Positions 26,084-40,094 of a stretch of DNA of 64,000 bases are shown here, in pieces. Each line of letters begins with the position of its first letter. The first letter of the stretch is position 1. Source of the DNA: Hormiphora californensis. Lineage: Eukaryota; Animalia; Ctenophora. The stretch spans positions 8,246,001-8,310,000 of the forward strand of contig CM035352.1 of the NCBI GenBank assembly GCA_020137815.1, in the 5' to 3' direction. A program made the translations under genes and the position numbers. The notes beneath the pieces were generated by a model. That model made no database searches. It had not been told where the DNA came from and worked only from the letters and a program-made list of their open reading frames with translations.

Positions 26084-29000
26084 ATGTTACTGGTTATAGT
26101 TCTCTCAGCTGTGATATGCTCTTTGGGGGCTGAGTACAGTTACTCCATCCCCTACGAAAAAACGATCAGCGATTATGAGGGGATATCCTCACCAGATGCG
26201 GGGGATGAAATCGACCAAATGGATGTACAACAAATTTCAGCACCAAACCAGATCCGCTTATCGTTTACCGGTCAGTCCACTACTCATGCTACCAACATTA
26301 TATTTGTAGGATGAAAGCATGCAGTATAATAAAAAAAGCCTAGCAAGTTACTTTTTTGTCCTCAGATGACCCAACGGAGATGGCCATAACATGGACAACA
26401 AATGGGGTAACCAATCCCAATGAGGTACGATATGGACTTGCTGAAAGCAACCTAAACAACACTGCTAGTTCCATATCCCATCAATACCAATGGGATGAAG
26501 ACGAGGATGGTAACTACGCCTACACTAGCGGGTTCATACACGAGGCACTCATGGTCAACTTAGTGCCTGGGGCTATACACTTTTATCAGGTTAATGCAGC
26601 AGTGACTTGATGTGCTGCTGTGGGTGTAAATGAGAAGTAAATGAAGATTGAATTTGGATAATAATGAGTTATGTGTATTATAATGTCTCCTTCAGATATA
26701 TAGTAATGGAAAGACCTCCGATGTGATTCGATTTATTGCAGCACCCGAAAAAGGATCTGAAACGCCCGTAAACATATTCCATATTGGCGATGCCGGTACT
26801 TTCGGGTACGAGCAATTATAAATCACAGGATAAGTATCGGATAATTGTTTATGAGCCGCATGATAATAGTTTGTTGGGATGATATCTCCTTCCGGCTTGA
26901 TCAATCAGGGACAAAATGAAATTACGGTGTTTTATTAAACGGAACAGTTTCGATGTTACAACATCTTCCTCAGCCTCAAATTAATTTGTTTAAAGTAGTG
27001 TTGAAAAGTTTGAACTACTTTAAACAAATTAATTTGAGGCTGAGGAAGATGTTGTAACATCGAAACTGTTCCGTTTAATAAAACACCGTAATTTCATTTT
27101 GTCCCTGATTGATCAAGCCGGAAGGAGATATCATCCCAACAAACAATTATAAATCATGCACACGAAACTGTTTTTTATCTTTGATGTGCAAATTTAAAGC
27201 ATTTCATTCACCCTCTAATTCCAAATAAACTACACACAATTCTCCAATTCCAAACTCTCCTTCTCCTCAGAACTTCAGTGATGGTAACAGCCGATATGAT
27301 GAACAGAATGAACAAGCAGGATTTCCACGGCCTTGTCCACTGTGGTGACATGAGTTACGCAGACAAGTACAACGGATCGAGGGGCGACTTTGCCACCCAG
27401 GTAACTAGGGTTCAAGAGACAAGAGAGCTGTACCATGATTAGAGTCAGGAGCTCAGGAGTTCAAAAGAGAGTTGTACCATGACTCAAAACTTAAAACTAC
27501 AGTTACTCCAGATCAATAACAAACTATAATCTTAACAAATTATATTCGTTGCCATAATTGTAGAAAGTTTGGGACACTTGGGGCCAGATGGTTGAGCCAG
27601 TTGCCTCCAAAATGGCCTACATGACTTCCCCGGGTAACCATGAAATCGATGTGTATGAGTCCACCAGGGAGAATGGAACAATTTACCAGAAACGCTTTAT
27701 CATGCCTGGTGAGATAATGAATATGCAGTTCTTTATGTCTGCTATTTTAACACATTATAATGTGTTAAAATAGCTGACCCCCTAATGCATTAGGGGGTCT
27801 GCATTATCCTGGATAACCCAGATAGCTCGTATAACCCGGATATATCAGATAATCAGGCCATGATATCCCGGATTTAGATTGTCTTACGGGCTATCCTGAA
27901 AATACTTATTATCCGGGCTATCCGAGCTATCTGGGTTATCCGGGATTAATAATCCTGGATACACCATCGATACATACCCCTAATAGAATTATAACAGTCC
28001 AGCGCCCGTAAATCAGGGTCCAACACCACCTGTTGTTGTATGATAAAGCAAAAAAATGTGCTTCTTTTAATCTCTGATAATATTCCAGGAAACGAGAAGT
28101 CTTACAGTTTTGCATTGGGAATGGTTCAGTTTGTATCTGTAAACAGTGATGAATCTGTTGATAAGGAGTCTACACAGGGAGTCTGGCTAGAGGTGAGTGA
28201 TTACTTTTTTAATGAGGTTTCACTATTTAGTATTCTGATTGTTATGTCTTAGGACACGGTGTTTCTTGATCTTTCGCTAACTGATATATTGTGCATGTTA
28301 TTGTATTTTCGATAAAACGGGGAACGAACCGTTACTACTACATTTTCCTTGCAGGATACCCTAAGGGAGATAAATGAGAACAGAGATAAGTATCCGTGGT
28401 TGGTTGTCTTCCAACATCGCCCCATCTATAACTCAAATGCGTATGTAGCAGTCGTGTTGTTTTAGTCATTCACCCACACCCCCCTCCCGCCCCGATACCC
28501 GTGTATATTTTAGCATCACGTTAGAATCTGCTAAATTTGAAAGGGATAGTTCTGTAAGTCAACACTAGTTTCCTTAGCGCATTGGTTCGCCACACGCTCA
28601 ACCCATTTCACACCTATAACAGATACTATGCTATTAGTTTTGTCCTGGTTGTTCATCATATGTTATGTTTATTCACGACATAACTTCTCACTATGGCGGC
28701 ACGATTCGTAGGAAAGCGGCATGCATGCTCTAAACAAACAAATGCATCCGCATATAATCAGCATCTGACTTCGAATGTTTATTTAGAGAGGGGGGATGGT
28801 GGGTGCGTGAGAGATGAGAGATGAGAGATACTGCCTCATAATAACCCCTCTTCCGACGAGTAACCGCTAACCTTTCTACCCCAACCAGTAACCTCTCTCC
28901 CCCAACCGCTAACCTTTCTCTCCCGACTGCAGTAACCATGGTAATTGGAGTGGACAGAACACATACGACATTGCAGATGGGTGGCCCGAGGCTGACTATG

Positions 29001-29723
29001 ATGGGTGGTACACGGCATTCGAAAACCTGTTGATTAAGTACGATGTAGACTTGCTCCTAGCGGGACATGTCCACCAATACGAGAGGAGCTGGCCAGTATG
29101 GGGACGTAATAATGTACAAAAATCGTATAATGATGTTACCGCCCCTGTTCACATCTCGTGTGGACACGCTGGAAAGGACCTTTATAAGTATGTGGAGTAT
29201 ATTTGGTTTTATGAAGGAGTATGATAGTTTTTATGAAGGAGTAAAATTTAGTGCTCCTTTATAAACACACGTACCTACATGCAAGATTTAACTGCAATTG
29301 TGAATTAATACCCCAATTATTCCCTAGATGGGAATGGGACACGAATAACACTGTTGACTCCTACTCTGATCCAGCTCCTAGATTTTCTGCTGCCCGAACT
29401 AACACGGAATGGGGTCATTGCGAGCTTGAATTTCTCAACAAAAACACAGTTCGGGTATGTTGATTGTTTAGGATACAATCTCTATATTTGCTCTTTAATT
29501 CATTAAAATGTAGACACTACCAGTATCATTTCCCGAGATTGAGACAAGTCTGGAAATATGAACTTACACATGCTCTTTATTTCCACAGCACACCATGTAC
29601 GTTATGGGGAACACAGAGCCAAAGGAAGATGTTACAATTACCAAGAAGCGATCCTCTGCTGCACTTGGAATTCAAGCCTCTACATTGGTCCTGACCGCCG
29701 TCTTGTGGCTCATGTGGTGCTGA
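26084..29723 (+). CDS. Purple acid phosphatase family protein 1 (signal peptide, FN3-like N-domain, metallophosphoesterase, hydrophobic GPI-like tail)
   Basis: All five PAP ligand motifs in successive exons: GDAG, GDMSY, PGNHE, VFQH, AGHVH; YERSWP; ends ...STLVLTAVLWLMWC*. Confidence 0.92.
26863..27150. mobile_element. Head-to-head palindromic retroelement remnant (Penelope-like pLTR inferred), each arm starting with a spliced-leader-like sequence followed by a hammerhead-like core
   Basis: Arms 26863-26998 and 27014-27150 are reverse complements. Each reads ...ACTACTTTAAACAAATTAATTTGAG|GCTGAGGAAGATGTTGTAACATCGAAAC...AATAAAA. Confidence 0.65.
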
Positions 29724-31093
29724 TTACCAACGATATAGCACCAAACCTACATCAAATAGAAGACATTCATTTCCAGTCTGGTGGTGCCAGAGCCCGATTT
29801 GATTCTCAATGGGGTCCGCGGCGCCGGACAGTTTATGTGATCGTGGCCCAACGTGTATATTTTCTACAGTTTTTTAGATTTCATTTTTGTATTTCCTTGT
29901 ATTGAACTTATCATGAAGCTTTGTTAAAAAATAAATCGTTTCTTTTATTAAACTCTACTACATTCTATGGATATAATATCACTGACTTCACATCTACCAG
30001 TTCAAAGCTGTTAAAATGTGTTCGATAGCAAACCATCTTCGTCCCAGTAATGACAGAGGAATGCGGAAATCTCCTTGATCCTATAATACAAGTAAACTCT
30101 AATCACCATACAAGTAAACTCTAATTACCATCTCCTCCAAATTAGCAACTAAACCTCTCTGTTCCCACGTACTGACGTACAACACCAAATGCACTTCTCA
30201 CGGATGAAGGTTGATGACATATGTTCCCATATTTGTACACGCTTATCAGCTAGCCGCATATTATTACTTTTCTGAGACCGGATTTCACATTGCTAGCACC
30301 TTGAACAACACCAGGCTTTTCTCCCAGCCCAAATCTCTATACCAGGCTTACCTTGCTGGACCTGCAGAGAGGCCGCTGGTTGCAGCAGCTGTGCCATTTG
30401 GCTCGGTGGTAACACTCGTTCATCATCATTATACATTTGGTGGCATAGGTTGAAATTATCCCGGACTGTTAAAACTTTATTTATAACACGATGGCCGCGG
30501 TAGCCCTGATTTCCCAGTACACAGAGAAATTGGAAATTTGAAACTGGGAAATTTGAAAGATTCATCGAGTGAAATTCAAGGGTTGTGTTGCCATCAGTCT
30601 CATGTTTTGACCTCGTATGTAACCTCATTTCAGTTGATTACATTTAGCCTGCTAGCTCTTCTCGCCCATAAAGTTTGAAAATGTTGCCAGTTTGTCTCCC
30701 AATAATAAGCTGCAATGTCCGGCTGGAATCTCCGGTCCTCATTTTCTGCATTCCAGCAAGAGATCGAATTTCGTTTAGTTCGGCACTTGAAAATCGAAAT
30801 ATAAAGAGTTTTTTGAAGTCATGCGATCATTATATTTAATCGGATTTTAATCTGATTTACTGTTCCTTATAATTTGATTTCATATTAATCCACCTTATCA
30901 GTCTTCCTTGCATTCGGGGCACGGGATTACTTTCCGGTTTTCTAGCAAATCAGAACAATGGGGAAATTGTGCCACCCCCTCTCCCCTTCTATTCTCCTAA
31001 CAAAGTTATCATAATTATTGTCTTTTTTCCCTTTTTTGCTTCCTGATAATAACTGTCGTTCTATAATATTTCTTTCTCATTTTTACAGTTGTG

Positions 31094-33102
31094 ATGATGC
31101 TCCCCTCGCTCCTCCTCCTCCTTCTGGTCTCGTCTCTAGCTTTGGTACACAGTCAGAACAAGTATACAGTGGGAGATGGAGACTACTCGTACGTCATTGA
31201 CTATGACAAAACAGAGGATGATTTTGAGTTCAGTTCGCCCAGTTGTGGGAAGGAGATAGATCAGATGGATGTACAGATGATCAGTAAACCAAACCAGATA
31301 CGCATCTCATTTACAGGTCAGTGAATTAGAAGTACACTTCTCCAGAGTTAGAGTTGTGGTGAATAATATTGTTTGAATGGTGAGGTGCTGCATGATATCA
31401 TGATTACCATGCTGTATCTATACAGTAGGTACCTCCTCTATATCGCACAGTTTAATATTTGAAACAGCTGTTGTTTGAATTGGTTATGAAATTACCCCTC
31501 AACGCTCGAGCTCCCGGGGTGACTTCGTAACCAACTGTTTGAAGAATTGATAAAGTGTAACCCCCATTTATTATAGTTGACCCACATATTGTAATCCCCA
31601 TATATATCAGGTGACCCACATGTGTAATCCCCATATATTAGTTGACCCACATATGTAATCCCCATATATATCAGGTGACCCACATGTGTAATCCCCATAT
31701 ATTAGTTGACCCACATATCCCCATATTATATCAGGTGAGTGGTGACCCACATATGTAATCCCCATATATATCAGGTGACCCACATGTGTAATCCCCATAT
31801 ATTAGTTGACCCACATATCCCCATATTATATCAGGTGAGTGGTGACCCACATATGTAATCCCCATATATATCAGGTGACCCAACTGAGATGTCACTAACA
31901 TGGACTACTAACGATGTCAGTCACATTGAGGAGGTGAGGTATGGCGTCCTGGAGGGGGATCTCAACAACACAGCCACCTCGATATCTCACCAGTATAACT
32001 GGAATGAGCAAGAGGATGGGAGTTATGTTTACACTAGTGGGTTCATACACGAGGCACTCATGGTCAACCTGGTACCTGGTGCTATACACTTTTACCAGGT
32101 TAGTGTGTGTATGTATATGGCTCTAGGTTATTGTTGATGGTCCTTGTCCCGGAGAGTGCTCTACGCACGGTTGCGAGGAGCTATTAACAAGTAAAACAAG
32201 GAAGTATTAGTTCAACAGTTCCTTGTTTTACTTGTATGGCTCTAGGTTATAACTTATAGCGTACCAAACTCTGCCGTCCGAGGCTCTGAGGGACTATACC
32301 GTCTAAAGATTTAAAACTAAAAGAAGATTTATAACATTTCTCTCTTGTAGATATTTAGTAACGGCCAACAGTCTGATGTTTTGCGATTCCTGGCTGCTCC
32401 TGAGGCTGGATCTGATGCACCCGTCTCCTTCTTTCACATTGGGGACCATGGAACTTTTGGGTGAGTGAGATTTAATAAAGATGACGTCATACCTTATGAT
32501 ATTATCTTGGCTGTAGGTGTAAAAAACCATAGCTTGTCACCCCAGTTAGAACCCCAAAAACAATAAGTCTCTCCTTTGACACGACTCTTTGTTCCCAATT
32601 CTCCCTCTCTTTCGAAGGACATCTCTGATGGTAACGGCTGATATGATGAAAAGAGCAAAAGATCAAGATTTCCATGGGCTCATTCACTGCGGCGACATAA
32701 GTTACGCCAACAAGTTCAATGGTTCAAGAGGCGAACCACCCATGGCCTCCCAGGTAGGGCATGTCAGAGCATTGGCCTGACCCATTCTTGTTTCTCTCAA
32801 GTGTGCGAGAACTGTGGTCAGAGAATTGGCCTCCCGGTAGGGCCGGTTCGAGGGTTTTACCCGCTTAGTTGGTGTTGAATAAGAAGACAGGATATATATT
32901 CATGTTTACCCCCTCCTTTCTTGACCAGTAACGACCCCCTCTAACCCCCTTTTACAGCAAGTTTGGGATACCTGGGGTCAGATGGTAGAACCACTTGGAT
33001 CCAAAATGGCGTACATGGTTACCCCTGGCAACCACGAGTTGGATTCTTATGATTCCACCAACGAAAATGCAACTATTTATCGGAAAAGGTTCATTATGCC
33101 AG
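31094..33102 (+). CDS. Purple acid phosphatase, 5' half only (recent duplicate of the 5' half of the next gene)
   Basis: About 30615-33183 duplicates about 33708-35645. Exons are intact through PGNHE...RFIMP G|gtatga, but no downstream exons occur before the next copy. Confidence 0.7.
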
Positions 33103-34169
33103 GTATGACACATTCAGAAATCCGCCATGATCAGTGGCTTCTAAGTCCCTTAATAATTGGGCATTAGTAATTGGGCAAGGCAATTTTTTCCGCAATTTTG
33201 AGAGGCACGTATAACTAACACGTCTTACGGCCAGCTATAAAGTACCAGAAAAGTCCTATAATAAATGTTAAGAGACCTAACACTTACTCACAGACTACAC
33301 TCGCTCAGAGCACGTATAACTAAACAGTTTGATAGAGTTTTTCCAATACCCTTAACTGTTGCAGCCCACGTACAAACAAAACCTACAATGGTCGTTCTGA
33401 TCGTCTTCACTCTTCGTCTCTTTCTCAACTCGTACCGGCACCGGCCCTGGGGGAGGGTCGGACGGTGAGAAAGGGTGGGTATAGCCCGTACCGTACGTAC
33501 CAAATGTAAAAGTGGGGTACAGGTGCAGACTGCAGGTCCAAGTCTTGAGATTTTCGTTGAGATTCCTGTCCAGCAATGTCGGGGCGATATCAGGACAGGT
33601 GAGACAAGCGACAAAATCAAGATAAGATAGGATATACTCGTATGTAACTTGGTAATGAAATTCCCCCTCTGCGCTATATGCAATAATAGGGGTGACTTCG
33701 TAACCAAGTATGTAACATCATTTCAGTTGATTACATTTAGCCTGCTAGCTCTTCTCGCCCATAAAATTTGAAAATGTTGCCAGTTTGTCTCCCAATAATA
33801 AGCTGCAATGTCCGGCTGGAATCTCCGGTCCTCATTTTCTGCATTGCAGCAAGAGATCGAATTTCGTTCGGCACATGAAAATCGAAATAAAGAGTTTTTT
33901 GAAGTCATGCGATCATTATATTTAATCGAATTTTAATCTGATTTACTGTTCCTTATCATTTGATTTCATTTTAATCCACCTTATCATCAGTCTTCCCCAC
34001 GGGATTACTTTCCGGTTTTCTAGCAAATCAGAACAACGGGGAAATTGTGCCACCCCCCCCCCTCTATTCTCCTAACAAAGTTATCATAATTATTGTCTTT
34101 TTTCCCTTTTTTTGCTTCCTGATAATAACTGTCTTTCTATAATATTTGTTTCTCATTTTTACAGTTGTG

Positions 34170-37100
34170 ATGATGCTCTCCTTGCTCCTCCTCCTTCTGG
34201 CCTCGTCTCTAGAATTGGTACACAGCCAGAACAAGTATACGGTGGGAGACGGAGACTACTCGTACGTCATTGACTATGACAAAACAGAGGATGACTTTGA
34301 GTTCAGTTCGCCCAGTTGTGGGAAGGAGATAGATCAGATGGATGTACAGATGATCAGTAAACCAAACCAGATCCGTATCTCATTTACAGGTCAGTGAATT
34401 AGAAGTACACTTCTCCAGAGTTAGATGTGTAACCCCCATATATTAGTTGACCCACATGTGAAATCCCCATATATTAGGTGACCCTACGGAGATGTCACTA
34501 ACATGGACTACTAACGATGTCAGTCACATTGAGGAGGTGAGGTATGGTGTCCTGGAGGGGGATCTTAACAATACAGCCACCTCAATATCTCACCAGTATC
34601 ACTGGAATGAGCAAGAGGATGGGAGTTATGTTTACACTAGTGGGTTCATACACGAGGCACTCATGGTCAACTTAGTACCTGGGGCTATACACTTTTACCA
34701 GGTTAGTGTGTGCAGTATATGGCTCTAGGTTATAACTTAGAGCCGTCTGAGGCCCTGAGGGAATGGACTACCGTCTAAAGATTTAAAACTAAAAGTTTTA
34801 TAACATTTCTCTCTTGTAGATATTCAGTAACGGTCAACAGTCTGATGTTTTGCGATTTCTGGCTGCTCCTGAGGCTGGATCTGATGCACCCGTGTCCTTC
34901 TTTCACATTGGGGACCATGGAACTTTTGGGTGAGTGAGATTTTATCAAGATGACGTCATTTTTCCGGCACCTTGTGATATTATCTTGGTTACGAAGTCAC
35001 CCCTTTTATTGCATGAGCTATTATAACGGAGGGGTAATTTCATTACCAATGATGTTATCTTGACTTCTGCAGTAGGTGTAAATGTTAAAACCATAGCTTG
35101 GCACCCCAATTAGAACCCCAAAAACAATAAGTCTCTCCTTTGACCTTTCCACGACTCTTTATTCCCAATTCTCCCTCTCTTTAAGGACATCGCTGATGGT
35201 AACGGCTGATATGATGAAAAGAGCAAAAGATCAAGATTTCCATGGGCTCATTCACTGCGGTGACATAAGTTACGCCAACAAGTTCAATGGTTCCAGAGGC
35301 GAACCACCCATGGCCTCCCAGGTAGGGCCGGTTCAAGGGTTTTACCCGCTTACTTGGTGTTGACTAAGAAGATATATTCATGTTTACCCCCCTCCTTTCT
35401 TGAGCAGTAACGACCCCCTCTAACACCCTTTTACAGCAAGTTTGGGATACCTGGGGTCAGATGGTAGAACCACTTGGATCCAAAATGGCGTACATGGTTA
35501 CCCCTGGTAACCACGAATTGGATTCTTATGATTCGACCAATGAAAATGCAACTATTTATCGGAAAAGGTTCATTATGCCAGGTATGACACATCCAGAAAT
35601 CCGCCATGAGCGGCTTCTAAGTCCCTTAGTAATTGGGCAAGGGCATTAGATATAATGTAGTTTTTTCTGCAATGGTATCCCAACTGTCAGGTAACGAGCG
35701 ATACTACAGTTTTGGTGTAGGAATGGTTCACTTTATCGCTGTATCTACAGATGAATCAATCGACAGCGAATCAACTCAAGGGGTGTGGTTCGAGGTATGC
35801 TACTTTTCTTTGTTATGTTCTAATCCTCCATTTACATTTGTCGGGCGGGGCGAAACAGGATCTAGCTAGGCAATTGTAGCTACTATCATGGTAGCAATTA
35901 GCTACTACCATTCGTATGGCTGTGGCTATGTTATTAGTTATTGCAGTAGGGTAGAAAGGGGTAAAATGGCACACGGGGTAAAATGGCACATGTATGGGGT
36001 AAAATGGTCCTAGTTATTACATGTAGTCACGTGACTTTTTCTCCAGCGGAGACCTGCTCGTTCTGTTCCGAATTTTTGCTTTAAAACTGCTGTAATTTCT
36101 GTTTGAGTTGGCCGATTTTAATTTTGCAAAAACTGCCAGTTAGGGTTTTTATCCTTCTAAAACTTGGTATAAAAATTTTTCAAAAAACCCACTATTAAGT
36201 TGATTAAATTGTCAAATTAGTCAAACTGGGGTAAAATGGTTCACCCTCGCTGGGGTAAAATGGTTCACCCTGGGACCAATGAAATCGAGCCTCCAATACC
36301 ACGTGATACCAACTGGGGTAAAATGGTCCAGCACACTGGGGTAAAATGGTCCAGCAGAACAGAAATTACTGAAGATAACATGGACCATTTTACCCCAGTG
36401 CTCTAACAACACCAGGCACGTGATAAAAATCGAGCAATGCTATTGGCTGGACCATTTTACCCCAGTGCAAAATTTCCAAAAAAAGCCCTACCAAACTTTT
36501 TGAATTGATTAATTAAGCTATTAAATAAAACTTTCAGATTTTAAAATTTAGCTCGTCTGAAAGGAAAACGTTTCATTGGATAGCCTATATAATTTTTTTT
36601 CTTCTTCCTGTATAAATTGAGTATTTTAGAACCTAAAACGTTAGAAAGTGAACCATTTTACCCCATTCTACCCTAACAAGAATGTATTCTGAATAATGAG
36701 TTCAGAGCAAGAATGTAGCATTGAGTTTTACAAAATGATGTCACCCCCTCCCCTCCCTTTAGCAAACCCTGAAAGAGATCAATGAAGACAGAGAGACGTG
36801 GCCGTGGGTTGTTGTTTTCCAGCACCGACCCATATACAACTCAAACAAGTAGGTTTCAGCTAGATTAACACATGCACGATCTATACTAATAGCCATTGAA
36901 TGACTGAATGAATTTGTGTGTTTTGCCTGTTTTGTGATATGAAAACCAACTTTTTTGTTGTTCTTGTTTCACTTGAATTTGTCTAGCAGCTGGTCTTGAC
37001 TGAATTTCCCTGCACAGCAGCTACCACTCTTACCCTGTCCCACCCAGGAACCACTCTCACCCTGTCCCACCCAGGAACCACTCTCACCCTGTCCCACCCA

Positions 37101-39908
37101 GGAAACACTCTCACCCTGTCCCACCCAGGAACCACTCTCACCCTGTCCCACCCAGGAACCACTCTTACCCTGTCCCACCCAGGAACCACTCTCTCACCCT
37201 GTCCCACCCAGGAACCACTCTCACCCTGTCCCACCCAGGAACCACTCTCACCCTGTCCCACCCAGGAACCACTCTCTCACCCTGTCCCACCCAGGAACCA
37301 CTCTCACCCTGTCCCACCCAGGAACCACTCTCACCCTGTCCCACCCAGGAACCACTCTTACCCTGTCCCACCCAGGAACCACTCTCACCCTGTCCCACCC
37401 AGGAATCACTCTCACCCTGTCCCACCCAGGAACCACTCTCACCCTGTCCCACCCAGGAACCACTCTCACCCTGTCCCACCCAGGAACCACTCTCACCCTG
37501 TCCCACCCAGGAACCACACTCTCACCCTGTCCCACCCAGGAACCACCCTCACCCTGTCCCACCCAGGAACCACTCTTACCCTGTCCCACCCAGGAACCAC
37601 TCTCACCCTGTCCCACCCAGGAACCACTCTCACCCTGTCCCACCCAGGAACCACTCTCTCACCCTCCCAGGTCAAAATTGTTGACAATGTAGCAATGCGC
37701 TTGCCAGCACATTTTGGTAAACTCCCAGCACATTTTGAAATTTAAGAGGGAACTATTAAATTGAGTCTGGCGTGCTCCTATTGGTCCATATATTGTCGAC
37801 ATTAGGTGCTATTTTTGATCGATTTTACAGAAAACTTACTATGCCAATATATTGGCCTCTCTACCACCGGTCGCGAAGCAAATTTCTCTAATAAACGTCC
37901 TAGGGTGTTCCAATTGGTCTATATTTACTCCTTATAACCGTGGGTAGTCGATATATTGAGTCTTAGGGGGTGCTGGCTGGGTGCTGGCATCCAGCAATGG
38001 GGCAGCAATGGATCGATTTTACAGAAAAAGTTACTATGTCAATATAGCCTCTCTGCCACCGGTCGCGAGGCAAATTTCTCCAATAAACGTCCTAGGGTGT
38101 TCCAATTGGTCTATATTTACTCCCTATAACCGTGGATAGTCGATAAATAGAGTTTTAGGGGGTGCTGGCTGGGTGCTGGGATCCAGCAATGGGGCAGCAA
38201 TGTAAACGTTTCTCATTGCTGCATATTGCTGGATGCCAGCACCCATTCTTCACCCCCTAAGACTCAATTTATCGACTATCCACGGTTATAGGGAGTAAAT
38301 ATAGACCAATTGGAACACCCTAGGACGTTTATTGGAGAAATTTGCCTCGCGACCGGTGACAGAGAGGCCATATTGACACAGTAACTTTTTCTGTGAAATT
38401 GATCCATTGCTGCCCCATTGCTGGATCCCAGCACCCAGCCAGCACCCCCTAAAACTCTATTTATCGACTATCCACGGTTATAGGGAGTAAATATAGACCA
38501 ATTGGAACACCCTAGGACGTTTATTGGAGAAATTTGCCTCGCGACCGGTGACAGAGAGGCCATATTGACACAGTAACTTTTTCTGTAAAATCGATCCATT
38601 GCTGCCCCATTGCTGGATGCCAGCACCCATCTTTCACCCCCTAAAACTCAATTTATCGACCATCCACGGTTATAGGGAGTAAATATAGACCAATCGGAAC
38701 ACCCTAGGACGTTTTTTAGAGAAATTGGCTCCGAGACCGGCGGAAGAGAGGCAATATTGACGTCAACGTGCAATAGCAAAATTCCAGCACTTTTTGAATC
38801 CCAAAATTCCCATTGCCAGCACTTTTTCAACAATTTTGACCTGGGCTCACCCTGTCCCACCCAGGAACCACTCTCACCCTGTCCCACCCAGGAACCACTC
38901 TCACCCTGTCCCAACCAGGAACCACTCTCTCACCCTGTCCCACCCAGGAACCACTCTCTCACCCTGTCCCACCCAGGAACCACTCTCACCCTGTCTAGTA
39001 GCTGGTCTTGACTGAATTTCCCTGCACAGCAGCTCTCACCCTGTCCCTCACACAGGAACCATGGCAACTGGACTGGGGAATACTATGAAGATACTGCTTT
39101 GAAGCTGGGCTGGCCCAATTACTTTGAGTCCCTACTCCTCAAGTACAATGTAGATCTGGTACTGGCAGGTCATGTCCACCACTATGAGAGGAGCTGGCCA
39201 GTGTGGGGGAGGAATAACACAGTACAGAGCTACACTGACGTCACTAAGCCAATCCATGTGACATGTGGGCACGCTGGAAAGAACCTTTACAAGTAAGCGG
39301 GAAATCTTGTTTTGTTCTAACCCGGTGTGTGGGGAATCTGCCAGATCTGACTCTATTATCATTTCTTTCAAATAATTGAGCGAGCGAGAACCGCGGTCGG
39401 AGCATGATTGGCCTGACAGGGAATTAGTGGCACTTTGTTCCCTGATTGATACGTGTTTTAAGTAACCCGTTCTGTCCAGGTGGGAATGGGGCACGGACCA
39501 CACTGTTGATACCTACTCTGACCCAAAACCAGCGTTTTCAGCTGCCCGAACTAACACGGAATGGGGTCACTGTGAGCTGGAATTTCTCGACAAAAACACA
39601 GTTCGGGTATGTGCCAGGTCCCCCCTCACCCTTGTGTAGCGCACAACGTTATTTTATTTCTATAATGGTTCAGTAGATCAACCCACCCTTCACTTTTCAC
39701 AATTAGAGCGTGTTCTCTCGAATCTAATATGTACAACTTCGGGTATTATCACAGAAAATAATACCCCACTCCTTTACAGCACAAGATGTTTGTTCTCGGA
39801 TCCTCAGAACCCAAAGAAGACGTTACAATCACCAAAAAGAGATCTTCCGCTTCCCCTGCAGCTGCCTCCATCTCCCTCATCCTAGTCCTAGTCCTGACTG
39901 TACTGTAA
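34170..39908 (+). CDS. Purple acid phosphatase family protein 3 (shared 5' exons to 36848 + 3' cassette A, 39056-39908)
   Basis: GDHG, GDISY, PGNHE, VFQHRPIYNSN|K NHGNW...AGHVHHYERSWP...; tail AAASISLILVLVLTVL*. Confidence 0.9.
35949..36673. mobile_element. MITE with TA TSD and internal GGGGTAAAATGG motifs
   Basis: TA|GGGTAGAAAGGGGTAAAATGG ... CCATTTTACCCCATTCTACCC|TA. Confidence 0.8.
37023..39050. repeat. 27-29 bp minisatellite (ACCCTGTCCCACCCAGGAACCACTCTC) interrupted by a transposon
   Basis: About 24 units before 37666 and about 5 after 38845; the unit mimics the cassette A acceptor CAG|GAACCA. Confidence 0.93.
37666..38845. mobile_element. Foldback-like DNA transposon with 8-bp TSD
   Basis: TSD CTCACCCT on both sides; TIR CCCAGGTCAAAATTGTTGA; internal repeats of about 190 bp in direct and inverted orientation. 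Confidence 0.85.
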
Positions 39909-40094
39909 TTTAAAAAGTCCTGACTATACTTTGAACTTTTTAAAATGTTGAACGTTTATAGCCATTATTATGTGACCCTTTTTTATTTTTTTTGTTTGGC
40001 TATGGTAATTATTTTTTGATTATCCGCATGTCAGATTTATTTTAGAACCCGTGACAACTTCGTGTTGCTCTAACATAACTCCCTCCCCATCTAG

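Noticed and set aside
26975-27038. SL RNA gene
   Set aside because: The leader is not followed by a GT donor or Sm site; it is fused to mobile-element sequence.
33288-33707. Minus-strand ORFs between the PAP duplicates
   Set aside because: No recognisable domain, start context or consistent splice model.
36969-39015. Long repetitive ORFs (SHPGTT, GQGESGSW) and a possible CRISPR-like array
   Set aside because: Minisatellite with no unique spacers in eukaryotic intronic context; no cas genes.
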